The translations under genes were made by a program, and so were the position numbers. The notes below the pieces were generated by a model. The model made no database searches. It saw only the letters and a program-made list of their open reading frames with translations, and was not told the DNA's origin. From NCBI GenBank assembly GCA_963718665.1, contig OY970359.1, positions 160,001-224,000 on the forward strand: a stretch of DNA of 64,000 nucleotides. Direction: 5' to 3'. Positions within the stretch are counted from its first letter, which is position 1. Each line of letters opens with the position of its first letter. The stretch comes from an uncultured Phycisphaerales bacterium (lineage in GTDB: Bacteria > Planctomycetota > Phycisphaerae > Sedimentisphaerales > Anaerobacaceae). Of the stretch, positions 20,284 to 29,909 are shown piece by piece.

Positions 20284-20307
20284 CAGCCCTCCTCCGACGA
20301 AGGGCTG
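20284..20307. terminator. Hairpin between the convergent HTH gene and Cys-rich peptide gene
   Basis: CAGCCCT-N10-AGGGCTG; followed by TTTT on the minus strand. Confidence 0.6.
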
Positions 20308-20333
20308 CATTGCTTGTGGTGTTGAGGAAGGTA

Positions 20334-20456
20334 TTATTTTTTGTATTTTTTCTCACAGGTACATTTATCAGCCAGCTTGTTACAGCCGGAACAGACGGTA
20401 TCGATTATCTCTTTGCCGCATTTCCTGCACGGTGAACACCCACATGTCTGACACAT
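20334..20456 (-). CDS. 40-aa Cys-rich metallothionein/Zn-ribbon-like peptide (not in ORF track)
   Basis: MCQTCGCSPCRKCGKEIIDTVCSGCNKLADKCTCEKKYKK, 9 Cys; TAGGAG RBS; downstream hairpin. Confidence 0.8.
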   Translation of the reverse strand: MCQTCGCSPCRKCGKEIIDTVCSGCNKLADKCTCEKKYKK

Positions 20457-20632
20457 TGCAAATCTCCTAAATGCCAGTTTTTTTACGAGCATCACCTACG
20501 TATTACTATACTGTTTGACGAATTTGGATGTTATTAGAAAATTACCTATTTAGCGGTTCTCAAAAGCTTACCGCAGGGACAAAGACAGATTAACAATTGA
20601 CGGCCGGATATTGGGGGATTAGGATTTCGGGT

Positions 20633-21940
20633 ATGAAGAATATAAAAAGCCATCAGGTAAACACTAAGTCAGCGGAGGCATTCGCGGAGGCAAGACGGTA
20701 TATCCCAGGTGGAGTAAACTCGCCGGTGCGAGCATTCGGAGGTGTGGGCTTAAAGCCATTGTTCATAGCCAAGGCCAAGGGAGCAAAAATTTACGACATA
20801 GACGGTAATGCCTATATTGACTACGTCGGGTCGTGGGGGCCGATGATATTGGGGCACGCTCATCCGGCGGTTGTGAGGGCAATAAATAAAGCAGCGAGAA
20901 AAGGAACAAGTTACGGTGCGCCGACCGTCGCGGAGACGGAATTGGCAGAAAAGATACATAACGCTTTCGCGTCGATTGAGAAAGTGCGATTAGTAAGCAG
21001 CGGGACAGAGGCGGTGATGACCGCGATTCGCGTCGCCCGCGCATACACGCACAAGGATTTGATAATCAAAATGGCGGGATGCTATCACGGGCATAGTGAT
21101 TCGTTATTGGTGTCGGCTGGGTCGGGAGCGGCTGAACACGCTGTGCCTTCGAGTGCGGGCATCCCCCCTGCCATAGCGAATCTGACGGTTGTAATACCAT
21201 ATAATGATGTTGAGGCGGTGAAGAATTGTTTCTTAGTTCACCGGGGTAAAATCGCGGCGGTACTGGTTGAGCCGGTGGCGGCGAATATGGGAGTTGTGCC
21301 GCCTGCGGAAGATTATTTGCAGCTTGTGCGGGCTTTGTGCGACGCCGAGAAATCGGTTTTGATTTTCGATGAGGTGATAACGGGCTTTCGCGTGGCTTAT
21401 GGGGGAGCACAGGAGCTTTATGGTATAAAGGCGGATATAACTTGTCTTGGAAAAATAATAGGCGGCGGATTGCCATTGGCGGCTGTTGGGGGACAGGCGC
21501 AGATTATGGATATGCTTGCGCCAACGGGACCTGTTTACCAGGCAGGAACACTAAGCGGCAATCCGATTGCCACGGCTGCCGCAAACGCGACGCTGGACAT
21601 ATTGGCCAGAGGTGATTGCTACGGCAAACTCGAAGCAAAAGCGGGAACGTTGGCTGACGGATTGAAAGACGCAGCCAGCGTGGCGGGCGTCCCCATCGTT
21701 ATCAACCGGGTTGGGTCGATTCTGAGCTGTTTTTTCACTGACAGGCCCGTATGTAATTTTGAGGATGTTCAATCAACTAATATCCGACAGTTCAAAAAGT
21801 TTTTCGCGTCAATGTTAAGCAATGAAATTTATATCGCCCCGAGCGCATACGAAGCAATGTTTGTCTCCCTGGCTCATTCGAAAAAAGACATCGATAAAAC
21901 GATTGAGGCAGCAAAAGCAGCGTTTAAAGCGGTTGACTGA
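20633..21940 (+). CDS. hemL: Glutamate-1-semialdehyde 2,1-aminomutase
   Basis: PGGVNSPVRAF, SSGTEA, FDEVITGFR, LGKIIGGGLP, YQAGTLSGNP. Confidence 0.96.
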   Translation: MKNIKSHQVNTKSAEAFAEARRYIPGGVNSPVRAFGGVGLKPLFIAKAKGAKIYDIDGNAYIDYVGSWGPMILGHAHPAVVRAINKAARKGTSYGAPTVAETELAEKIHNAFASIEKVRLVSSGTEAVMTAIRVARAYTHKDLIIKMAGCYHGHSDSLLVSAGSGAAEHAVPSSAGIPPAIANLTVVIPYNDVEAVKNCFLVHRGKIAAVLVEPVAANMGVVPPAEDYLQLVRALCDAEKSVLIFDEVITGFRVAYGGAQELYGIKADITCLGKIIGGGLPLAAVGGQAQIMDMLAPTGPVYQAGTLSGNPIATAAANATLDILARGDCYGKLEAKAGTLADGLKDAASVAGVPIVINRVGSILSCFFTDRPVCNFEDVQSTNIRQFKKFFASMLSNEIYIAPSAYEAMFVSLAHSKKDIDKTIEAAKAAFKAVD

Positions 21941-22000
21941 TTAGCGGTCGTGTCGATTTCAACTTATAGACAACCTATTTAGATATTCTCAGGCGAAACC

Positions 22001-22066
22001 AAAAAAAAGAGGGGTCTGCCCACACCCTAAGCGAGACCCCTCAACGCCCCTTTGCAGGGACATTTG
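22001..22066 (-). ncRNA. Candidate ~65-nt small RNA
   Basis: Promoter TTGACG-N17-TATTAT (22101-22073); GTCCCT-GCAA-AGGGGC hairpin; GAGGGGTCT/AGACCCCTC hairpin plus T8. Confidence 0.55.
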
Positions 22067-22187
22067 GAAATAATAATAAATGGTAAAGCAGAGGCCGTCA
22101 AGATGCTTTTTGAGAAAAATGGATATTCGAAAATCCTGTTATTATAGAGCTAAACAGCCGCGGTTGGTTCTGATATAGTATGCAGTC

Positions 22188-23861
22188 ATGAAACGGGAAA
22201 CCGACAAAACAGGAAAAAGATTGGTTTTACTGACCGGTGTGATTGCTATAGTCGCGGGCTGTTTGGCGGCGTATATGCCTGCGATACTGCAAGGCGGGTT
22301 TATCTGGGATGACGACCTGTATGTGACCAATAACCCGCTTTTGACGGCCCCGGACGGGCTGCGTCAAATCTGGTTTTCTATCGACGCTCCTCCGCCGCAA
22401 TATGTGCCACTTGTATATACAACCATAAGCACAACATTCTGGATTGAACATCAACTATGGGGGTTCAATCCGTCGGGATATCACGCGGTAAACGTGGGGA
22501 TTCACTGTATCAACGCATTACTATTGTGGGTGATTTTGAGACGGCTGTCGATACCGGGAGCGTGGCTGACGTCGGCGACTTTTGCGCTGCACCCGGTGCA
22601 GGTCGAATCGGTGGCGTGGATAACCGAGCGGAAGAATGTTTTGATGGCGTTTTTCGGGCTATTGATGGTGCTGTGCTGGGTGGAATATGTATTCGGGGAC
22701 AAAGGCAGGCGAAAGGCGATTTTATTATATGCGGGTTCATTGCTTTTTTGTTCGCTGGCACTCCTTAGCAAGGCGACGGCGTGCACGCTGCCCGCAGTTC
22801 TCGTTTTGATATTGTGGCTCAAAGGTTCGCCTATTGGGGTGAAGCGTCTACTGGAAATTGTGCCTTATGTCGCCATAGGGTTCGGGACGGGGCTGCTGGT
22901 AATTTGGAGGGAGCTGCGTCTTGGAACGGGTTTTCTCAATCTTGGGCTACAGGCAGCAGATAAGTTGATAATAGCAGGCCGGGCTTTATGGTTTTATCTA
23001 TGGAAGCTGGTTTGGCCAGGGAATCTGACGTTTAGCTATCCCCGCTGGAATATCGACGCAACTGATGTTTGGCAGTATGCCTGGCCGGTGAGTTTCGCAG
23101 CGGTTATGGCTGCCAGCTGGCTGCTGAGAAAACGAACAGGACGCGGGATACCGACCGCAATTATTTTTTTCCCGGCGATGCTGTTTCCGATGCTCGGATT
23201 TTTCTCTCTTTACACGTTTGTATATACGTTTGTCGCAGACCATTATCAGTATCTTGCGTGTATCGGGCCTATAGCGATTGTTGCCGGAATCACGGCAACG
23301 GTTTATCGCAGGTCGGGTGAAAACTCCAAATTCATAATCGTGTCGGCAGCGGGTGTTTTGCTGATAACGCTTGGGGTATTGACCTGGCGACAATGCGGGG
23401 TATATAAAAACTCGGATACGCTATGGGCTGATACGCTGAATAAAAATCCCGATTCGTGGCTGGCACACGGGCAAATAGGAGAGTCGCTTTTTGGACAAGG
23501 CAAATTCGACGAGGCCTTGATTCACCTTGACCGGCAGCTCGAACTTGCCTCTTACCTGAAGAAGATTCACCCAATGGCTTACTCGGACGTTTATTACTGC
23601 AAGGGGCTTATATTCTCCGCCAAGGGGAAACTGCAGGAAGCAGCAGAACAATTCAAACTGTCGCTCGAAATCAATGACAAATCCGCGCTGGTGCATTACC
23701 TGCTGGCTGATGTATTAATCAAACAGGGCAAGATTGAGGAGGCAACAATGCATTTGCAAAGAGGCTTTGAGATAGCAAAAGCCAAGGGGGCAAACAATCT
23801 GGCCGAGGAAATCCGGCATCGGCTGGAAACAGTTGAAAAACAGAAGACCCTGCTTCGCTAA
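22188..23861 (+). CDS. Polytopic membrane protein with C-terminal TPRs (TMTC/GT-C-like)
   Basis: GFIWDDDLYV, FALHPVQVESVAWITERK, VADHYQY, TLW..TL..NP, followed by TPRs. Confidence 0.85.
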   Translation: MKRETDKTGKRLVLLTGVIAIVAGCLAAYMPAILQGGFIWDDDLYVTNNPLLTAPDGLRQIWFSIDAPPPQYVPLVYTTISTTFWIEHQLWGFNPSGYHAVNVGIHCINALLLWVILRRLSIPGAWLTSATFALHPVQVESVAWITERKNVLMAFFGLLMVLCWVEYVFGDKGRRKAILLYAGSLLFCSLALLSKATACTLPAVLVLILWLKGSPIGVKRLLEIVPYVAIGFGTGLLVIWRELRLGTGFLNLGLQAADKLIIAGRALWFYLWKLVWPGNLTFSYPRWNIDATDVWQYAWPVSFAAVMAASWLLRKRTGRGIPTAIIFFPAMLFPMLGFFSLYTFVYTFVADHYQYLACIGPIAIVAGITATVYRRSGENSKFIIVSAAGVLLITLGVLTWRQCGVYKNSDTLWADTLNKNPDSWLAHGQIGESLFGQGKFDEALIHLDRQLELASYLKKIHPMAYSDVYYCKGLIFSAKGKLQEAAEQFKLSLEINDKSALVHYLLADVLIKQGKIEEATMHLQRGFEIAKAKGANNLAEEIRHRLETVEKQKTLLR

Positions 23862-23878
23862 AGCTACGCAGGGCAGGC
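23848..23878 (+). repeat. REP-like palindrome, family B (other copies 49829-49863, 51564-51602 inverted, 58430-58455)
   Basis: CCCTGCTTCGCTAAAGCTACGCAGGGCAGGC, overlapping the stop codon; shared core approximately CCCGCC-TTCG..CTACGGCGGG. Confidence 0.75.
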
Positions 23879-24005
23879 AGCGGACTGAAGACAGAAGATA
23901 GTAAAGCGTATCCAATAAAATACTTGAACTGATGAATAGAGAGGGTCATAATAGCGGTCGCATACGAAGGGTAAAATATAAAAACAGTTGAAATAAGAGC
24001 GCATT

Positions 24006-24826
24006 ATGGATTTTGAATTTGAAAATGAATCGGAATCCGGTAACAGGAGAAACCAAATGAGCCAGGAACAGTCAAGGATGGGTAATCTGGTCGATACGAC
24101 AGATTGTCTCGAGGCAATAAGTGCAATAAAGTTCTGGAAGAATTTTTTGTTTATAGTAATCCTGCTGGCGCTGATTCTTGTGCAGGGATCGTTCTGGGTT
24201 ATGAATCTTCACTTAGTCAGGGGAGATAACGTTGTACTTGGTCCCGCGGGCGGCGAGGCAACAGGAGAGAAACAGCCGGCAACGGAGGAGGACAAGATTA
24301 AGGAGGCGGCTAAACAAATCACGGCGGATACTAATGCGGCTGCTGAGCCAAATTTACAACAAACGCTGCATATGGGAGCCGAACCGAACAAGCCGGCGCC
24401 TGTGGAGGTAACAGTGCGATTCGAACTGCATGCCAGGCACATCGCAGCGATCGTACGTTTCCTGGACTTTATCCTTATACCATGCTCGCTGCTTTATTGT
24501 CTGACGATACTTTTCGCGATGAAAGTGTCGCTGATTGGGCGATTGGGCGGAATAAACCATATCGCAAGAGCATTCTTTATGTCTCTGTTGTTTGTCGTGT
24601 TGCTGCTGCCGTGGCAATTGATGTTTGCGCCGGTATTCGCCGGCGCTATGTTCACACCATCCGAGATGATGGCCGCGTGCCAGGCAGACAAAACCAAACT
24701 TGCATACGTGTCGATGATTTTCCGATTCAGCGTTTACTGGCGCTGGCAGTACTGCTGTTGCTGGGATCGCAGATGCGGAGTATGCGATGGGCAAGGGCGA
24801 CGCTGCGACGGCTTGACGTGATGTGA
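24006..24826 (+). CDS. Membrane protein, frameshifted near 24740
   Basis: Several TM segments. One extra G at TACTGG|CG joins VYW to ALAVLLLLGSQMRSMRWARATLRRLDVM, a more plausible C-terminus. Confidence 0.7.
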
Positions 24827-24875
24827 GATAAAACCCCGGCCATCCCTGCCAACGATATGCCGGGGCCAAACAATT

Positions 24876-25835
24876 ATGACAAGTCCGTTATTCGTCAAGA
24901 GAAAGAAGCCAAAAAAGGAGCATAATGCCATTCTCGACTGGCTGGAGTATACAGGTCTGAGAATCCTTGTCGGCATACTGCAACTGTCCAGTGTTGAAGC
25001 AAACCTGAGATTCGCCAGGTTTCTTGGTCGATTGTTGTGGAAGCACTACGGCCGGGGGAGACAACGGGCATTGGATAATCTTCGCACGAGCTATCCCGAT
25101 AAGGACGAGCAATGGTATGAGGAAACGGGACGAAAGAGCTGCGAGCAGCTTGTGATGCTGGCGGTAGATGTTATTTTTACGCCGCGTCTCGTCAAGAAAG
25201 ACAACTGGAAGCAATATTCAAGATTCAAAAATGCGGAACGCGCGAAGTGGCTGAGCAAGGAGGGAAAGGGGCTGATTCTTGTCGGGGCACATTACGGCAA
25301 CTTCGAAATCATCGGCTATATGATGGGGCTTTTCGGGTTCAATGTTTACAGCATCGCAAGGCCGTTGGATAACCCGTATATAAGCAAATACCTGTATGGG
25401 GTGCGGGAACGGGCGGGGCAAAAAATCATCGACAAAAAAGGCGCGGCGGAACTTTTTGGCAAGGTGGCGTCATCGGGGGCGACACTGGGCTTTATAGCGG
25501 ACCAGGACGCGGGCGAAAAGGGAATCTTCGTTGACTTTTTCGGCAGAAAAGCGAGCACCTACAAGAGCATCGGGTTACTTGCGCTGACGGAAAATCTGCC
25601 GATAGTCATCGGATATGCCAGAAGAATAGACAACCGCTTTTTCTTCGAGATTGGAGTTACGCGGATAATAATGCCTGAAGAATGGGCGAACAAGGAAGAC
25701 CCCCTGCTTTGGATTACAGCAGAATACACCAAGGCGATTGAAACATTTGTCCGCGAAGACCCGACCCAGTACTGGTGGCTCCACCGCCGTTGGAAACACA
25801 GACCAAAAAACGAACTGCCCGTTTCTGCTGTATGA
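24876..25835 (+). CDS. Lipid A late acyltransferase family (LpxL/HtrB-like)
   Basis: AHYGNFE (HX4E), ARPLDNP, ADQD, FFGR, PTQYWWLHRRWK. Confidence 0.9.
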   Translation: MTSPLFVKRKKPKKEHNAILDWLEYTGLRILVGILQLSSVEANLRFARFLGRLLWKHYGRGRQRALDNLRTSYPDKDEQWYEETGRKSCEQLVMLAVDVIFTPRLVKKDNWKQYSRFKNAERAKWLSKEGKGLILVGAHYGNFEIIGYMMGLFGFNVYSIARPLDNPYISKYLYGVRERAGQKIIDKKGAAELFGKVASSGATLGFIADQDAGEKGIFVDFFGRKASTYKSIGLLALTENLPIVIGYARRIDNRFFFEIGVTRIIMPEEWANKEDPLLWITAEYTKAIETFVREDPTQYWWLHRRWKHRPKNELPVSAV

Positions 25836-25992
25836 TTTTCCCCCTGCCATTCTGCGTTTGATATTATAAATTGACGCGATGATTTTGCAATGTTGCAAAA
25901 ACACAAAAGAAATAGTCCCGATGTCGATTGTTCGACTCTCGGGACTATTTCGCTTTTATTCGCTTTCGGCGGATTCAGTCAGTCAAAGATTG

Positions 25993-27474
25993 CTAATTGT
26001 CGGTTTTGCCGGCCTCGATGTCTTTTTCAGCTCTTGTCTGCTGAGGTTCCGGCCCCCGGAATTCCGTTACCTCGTACTGCTTTTTCTCGCGTTCCGTCAG
26101 AGACATATCGTTGATAATCTTAGGAGTAATGAATACGACCATCTCGCTGTTGGTTGTCTCTTCGCCCTCAAACCTGAACAAATAGCAAATGATTGGTATA
26201 TCGCCGAGAAGCGGTATCTTGTTGACGGACTTGGAAACATCTTTCTTTCTGAGTCCGCCGAGGACGACCGTCTGGCCGCTGTCAACCAGCAGTGTTGTCG
26301 AAGCTGTACGCGCATCAACAACCGGCTGCGGATATGTAAGCGCGCCACTGGCAAACGTTACGCTACCGGTCTGTACGCTGAATTCCGGCTCAACCTTCAT
26401 CCGTATTTTCTCTCCACGTGCCAGATGAGGGGTAACTTTCAGTTTTACGCCAACGTCCTTGAAGTCGGTCGTGCCTATATTGCCGCCGCCGGAGGTCTGT
26501 GTCAAGTCCTGATACGGAATCTCCGAGATAATGTTTATCGTGGCTGTCTCATTGTCCAGAACAAGGATTCTCGGATTGGCAAGCAGTTTGGCATCAGTGA
26601 TGTTCTTTTGCGCCGAGATAATCGCATCGATATCGAGGTTATTGGATAACCAGCCGAACTTCAACTGTCCGGTTACGCCCGATGTCTCGGCTGTATTGCC
26701 GCGGAACATACCTGTTTCAAATGGGTAGGTTTGGCCGGTCTTGGTCTCGCCCATTGTACCTGGGGCGTCAACTGCCGCGCCGTTTGTATAATACTGGGTG
26801 TTGCTTCCTGTGTTCCATTCAACACCCAGGTCAAGAGCATTCTTGCTGGTTAAATCGTATATTCTCGCTTCGACAAGTATCTGCGGAGTAACGCGGTCTA
26901 TATCCTCAATGAATGTGCCGATTGCTTTTATATTGCTTTCGGTATCCTTGACGATAATGTTGCTCGTGCCAGGGTTGGTCGTTATCGCGCCTCGCTGCGA
27001 TACGAATTTAGAAAGCGATTTCTCGACTTCCTTGATATCTGCGTAATTGACCCGGTAAATCTTGGTCACCAGCTTTTCCGCTTCCTCTGAAATTTCTCCC
27101 GTCGGAGCAACTCTAATAATATTTTTGCTCATAACGTAGTCATAACCCTGAGAGGCGAGTATGTTACGCAGCGCCTCTTCGAGGGGAACGTTGCTTAGCT
27201 TGGCGGTTACTGTTCCAGTAACCTTCGGGCTTTTGACGACATCGACATTGGCCTGCTCGGCCATAATCCTTATGACGTCGTCAATGGCGGTATCCCTGAA
27301 ATCCACACTGATTCGTTTCTGCATTCGCTGTTCGAGGGTGGGCAGGACATCCGCCTTGCTGTTGGCATTGGCATCGCTTTCATTGGCAGCCGATACCGCG
27401 GCGAATACAACTGTTCCCGGCAACAGCAATAACACGGCTATCACCAGCAAACACGTTACCTGATTGGTCAACAT
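25993..27474 (-). CDS. pilQ: Secretin (PilQ/GspD family)
   Basis: Signal peptide, ISVDFRDT, QILVEARI, LLANPRILVLDN, KIPLLGDIP; last gene of the pilMNO operon. Confidence 0.88.
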   Translation of the reverse strand: MLTNQVTCLLVIAVLLLLPGTVVFAAVSAANESDANANSKADVLPTLEQRMQKRISVDFRDTAIDDVIRIMAEQANVDVVKSPKVTGTVTAKLSNVPLEEALRNILASQGYDYVMSKNIIRVAPTGEISEEAEKLVTKIYRVNYADIKEVEKSLSKFVSQRGAITTNPGTSNIIVKDTESNIKAIGTFIEDIDRVTPQILVEARIYDLTSKNALDLGVEWNTGSNTQYYTNGAAVDAPGTMGETKTGQTYPFETGMFRGNTAETSGVTGQLKFGWLSNNLDIDAIISAQKNITDAKLLANPRILVLDNETATINIISEIPYQDLTQTSGGGNIGTTDFKDVGVKLKVTPHLARGEKIRMKVEPEFSVQTGSVTFASGALTYPQPVVDARTASTTLLVDSGQTVVLGGLRKKDVSKSVNKIPLLGDIPIICYLFRFEGEETTNSEMVVFITPKIINDMSLTEREKKQYEVTEFRGPEPQQTRAEKDIEAGKTDN

Positions 27475-27531
27475 TCTTATACCCTGTCCCTTTCTAAACG
27501 TTACACAAATTTCTTTTGATTTAAGTTACAT

Positions 27532-28500
27532 TTAATGTTCGACTTTTTGGCTCCATTTTTTATCGCCCACCGCAAAATCGACGCTATCGGGATTTATTTT
27601 TACGATGGTAGCGCCGGCGACAGTGTCTCCGGCAGAGACGATTCGGTCGCCAACAATAGCAGAAGGATTATCTTCACTATAAACGATACCTTTAACGGCC
27701 GGGCCTTCGGCAGTTCCCTTTCCCGAAGTTGAGACGGCACCGAAAACCATTGGGTCTCTGAGGTTGGCAGGAATCGGCTGCGGTATTTCCCAGTTGATTT
27801 TGCTGCCTAAGACAGGGGCAACAGCTTTATTTGAGGGCTTGACCGAAATTCCAGGCGAGGTTTTGACAGCGTTCACAACAACAAGAAGTAAAACTATCGC
27901 CAAAACCGGTGAGAGCAGAAGCATCATTTTCTGCCTGCCCGATGCAGCGCCATGTTTTAAGGTAAGCAGTTTGGCTTTGACTTTATCAATGATTTTCAGC
28001 AGAGGTGAATCTTTGGGCTGTTTAATAACAAACTCGGATTTTGACTGCTTTGCCGGAGCCGAAACGGGCAATGAAGCTGGTGCAGATGGTTCAAAGGCCG
28101 TCTGTCTTGGTTTGGGCGGCTCATAAACAACCTGTCTTGTCGGTTGCGATGTTGCTTGCGTTGGGGGTTCTTGGATAGTGAACGGTTTGGGTGATACAAC
28201 TGCCGGTTTCGGAGTTACGGTCTTCGCAGGAGTCGCAACAGGAGCAGGCACAGTCGATGCAGGTGCAGTTACTGCCGGGATAACCGTGGTGGAAGTCGCA
28301 ACTAGCGCAGGAGTTATCACCCGGGCAGGAGGCGTCGCTGGCGCAGGTGTCGCGGCAGGTGCGACCTGTGTATGCGGCGTTATCGGTGAAGCCGGCACGG
28401 TTGAACTCGCATCCGGCCCCGCAACATTCTTCTTGGGTATCTGGATACCCGTAAAGATTTTGGAGACCTCTTTCTGCAATCCCAGTTTGCTTTTATCCAT
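27532..28500 (-). CDS. Pro/Ala/Thr-rich linker membrane protein at the PilP position
   Basis: Low-complexity N-half, one TM, then LRDPM..VKGIVYSEDNPSAIV beta domain; lies between pilO and the secretin. Confidence 0.65.
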   Translation of the reverse strand: MDKSKLGLQKEVSKIFTGIQIPKKNVAGPDASSTVPASPITPHTQVAPAATPAPATPPARVITPALVATSTTVIPAVTAPASTVPAPVATPAKTVTPKPAVVSPKPFTIQEPPTQATSQPTRQVVYEPPKPRQTAFEPSAPASLPVSAPAKQSKSEFVIKQPKDSPLLKIIDKVKAKLLTLKHGAASGRQKMMLLLSPVLAIVLLLVVVNAVKTSPGISVKPSNKAVAPVLGSKINWEIPQPIPANLRDPMVFGAVSTSGKGTAEGPAVKGIVYSEDNPSAIVGDRIVSAGDTVAGATIVKINPDSVDFAVGDKKWSQKVEH

Positions 28501-28503
28501 TGT

Positions 28504-28635
28504 TCAACTCCCCTGTGGGTCGAGGGCCACGACAAGAACCTTCTTGCCCTTTCGTCCAAGAGCCGCAGCAAGATTGACGGTTGTCGTCGTCTTGCCGCAT
28601 CCACCCTTCTGATTTGCTATTACGATTACTCTCAT
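28504..28635 (-). pseudogene. 43-aa ParA/Soj N-terminal stub
   Basis: [47 protein letters not shown]; deviant Walker A intact, remainder absent. Confidence 0.85.
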
Positions 28636-28666
28636 TTTTTATATAACAAGCTGTCGCCTGCTTCTC

Positions 28667-29233
28667 TTAACCGGCTTGTTTCCTTCTGACAAGAAATGAC
28701 AATGACATATCAACCCTGTTTGCGGCCCCGCCCTGGCCATCACGCTGCACTCTGAACCTGTCAACAAAAACGACGGGCTGATGCCTTTCAAGGGTATTAA
28801 CAAAATTGGCAAATTGCATAAAATCAGACGCAAAAGAAATTTCCATTTTGTTTTCCTGGAGGTTCTTTGTCGCAAGCTGGTCCGGCTGTCTGCCAATCTC
28901 CGGCGTTTTGACGGTAAAGGCCCTAACCTGCCTATCGCCGGCGATACGACTGACGGCGAAAGTAAGGTTGGGAGAATCTTCATACTCAGAAACATAATTG
29001 CTCAACCTGGTCTTGAGCGATTCAACTTCGGCGGCCAGCTTTTTCTTGTTATCTTCGAGCGAAGCGTCAATAGCCATATCAAGCCGCCCCTTCTTTTCAG
29101 TCGCTTCCTCCTGGATCTGCGCCTTGATTTTCAACTGCGGGGTAATAAATAAATAATACGCAATCGCAAACAGAAAGAACGATACGCCCCAAACTATACC
29201 CATCGCTATAATATATTTTCTATAAGCACCCAT
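28667..29233 (-). CDS. PilO-like protein
   Basis: N-terminal TM, coiled coil, DFMQFANFVNTLE; position after pilN. Confidence 0.7.
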   Translation of the reverse strand: MGAYRKYIIAMGIVWGVSFFLFAIAYYLFITPQLKIKAQIQEEATEKKGRLDMAIDASLEDNKKKLAAEVESLKTRLSNYVSEYEDSPNLTFAVSRIAGDRQVRAFTVKTPEIGRQPDQLATKNLQENKMEISFASDFMQFANFVNTLERHQPVVFVDRFRVQRDGQGGAANRVDMSLSFLVRRKQAG

Positions 29234-29242
29234 AATTTCTCG

Positions 29243-29908
29243 CTATATCCCCGGTTTGAATATACAGTCAATGTCGTAAGAAACAACATCTCTGCCGTCC
29301 ATGGTTCCATTTGTCTGCGAAGCAATAACGACGTCTTCGAGCTTTGTGCCAATGACATTCGAAGCAAGCAACCGGTCACGAAATGCCTTGATTTCACGGT
29401 CGAAATCGGAGTTTGGATTTCCGCAGAGTCGCATCCTCAAGGTTCTAACGGTAATGCTTGTATCGCCCGTTTTATCTTTCTTGTCCTTTTCCGCAATCGC
29501 ACTGCCGCCTACGGCTGCCTTTTTATTTATTGAGGTCTGCTTAACCTCCAAACCGTTAAGTACCGCTGAATCGGGAAGATTTTGGACCAGCGATACAAGG
29601 ATTGGCGACCACTGGGTATGCGTCCTGATAGAGCTTGCTACATCGGAGAGACAATTATTCAGGTTGATTTTGTCTCTCTCCCATGACTCCTTGAGCTTCA
29701 AGGTGTCGACGAGTCGTTCTATCTGCGTGGTGTAATTGGCAACATTTTGTTTGTTAATCGATATGACGACTTTATTGTTATAATAGTAGCTGGCCATCAG
29801 TATAGCAACCAGCATTGGAACCACGAAGGTAGCAACAAAAATGGCGATGCCCTTTGGCCTTGTTCTAATCGGACGTCCCTGACCTTTAAGTAAATCTATG
29901 GTAAACAT
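29243..29908 (-). CDS. PilN-like protein
   Basis: MFTIDLL N-terminus, TM, WSPILVSLVQNLPD; position after pilM. Confidence 0.7.
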   Translation of the reverse strand: MFTIDLLKGQGRPIRTRPKGIAIFVATFVVPMLVAILMASYYYNNKVVISINKQNVANYTTQIERLVDTLKLKESWERDKINLNNCLSDVASSIRTHTQWSPILVSLVQNLPDSAVLNGLEVKQTSINKKAAVGGSAIAEKDKKDKTGDTSITVRTLRMRLCGNPNSDFDREIKAFRDRLLASNVIGTKLEDVVIASQTNGTMDGRDVVSYDIDCIFKPGI

Positions 29909-29909
29909 A

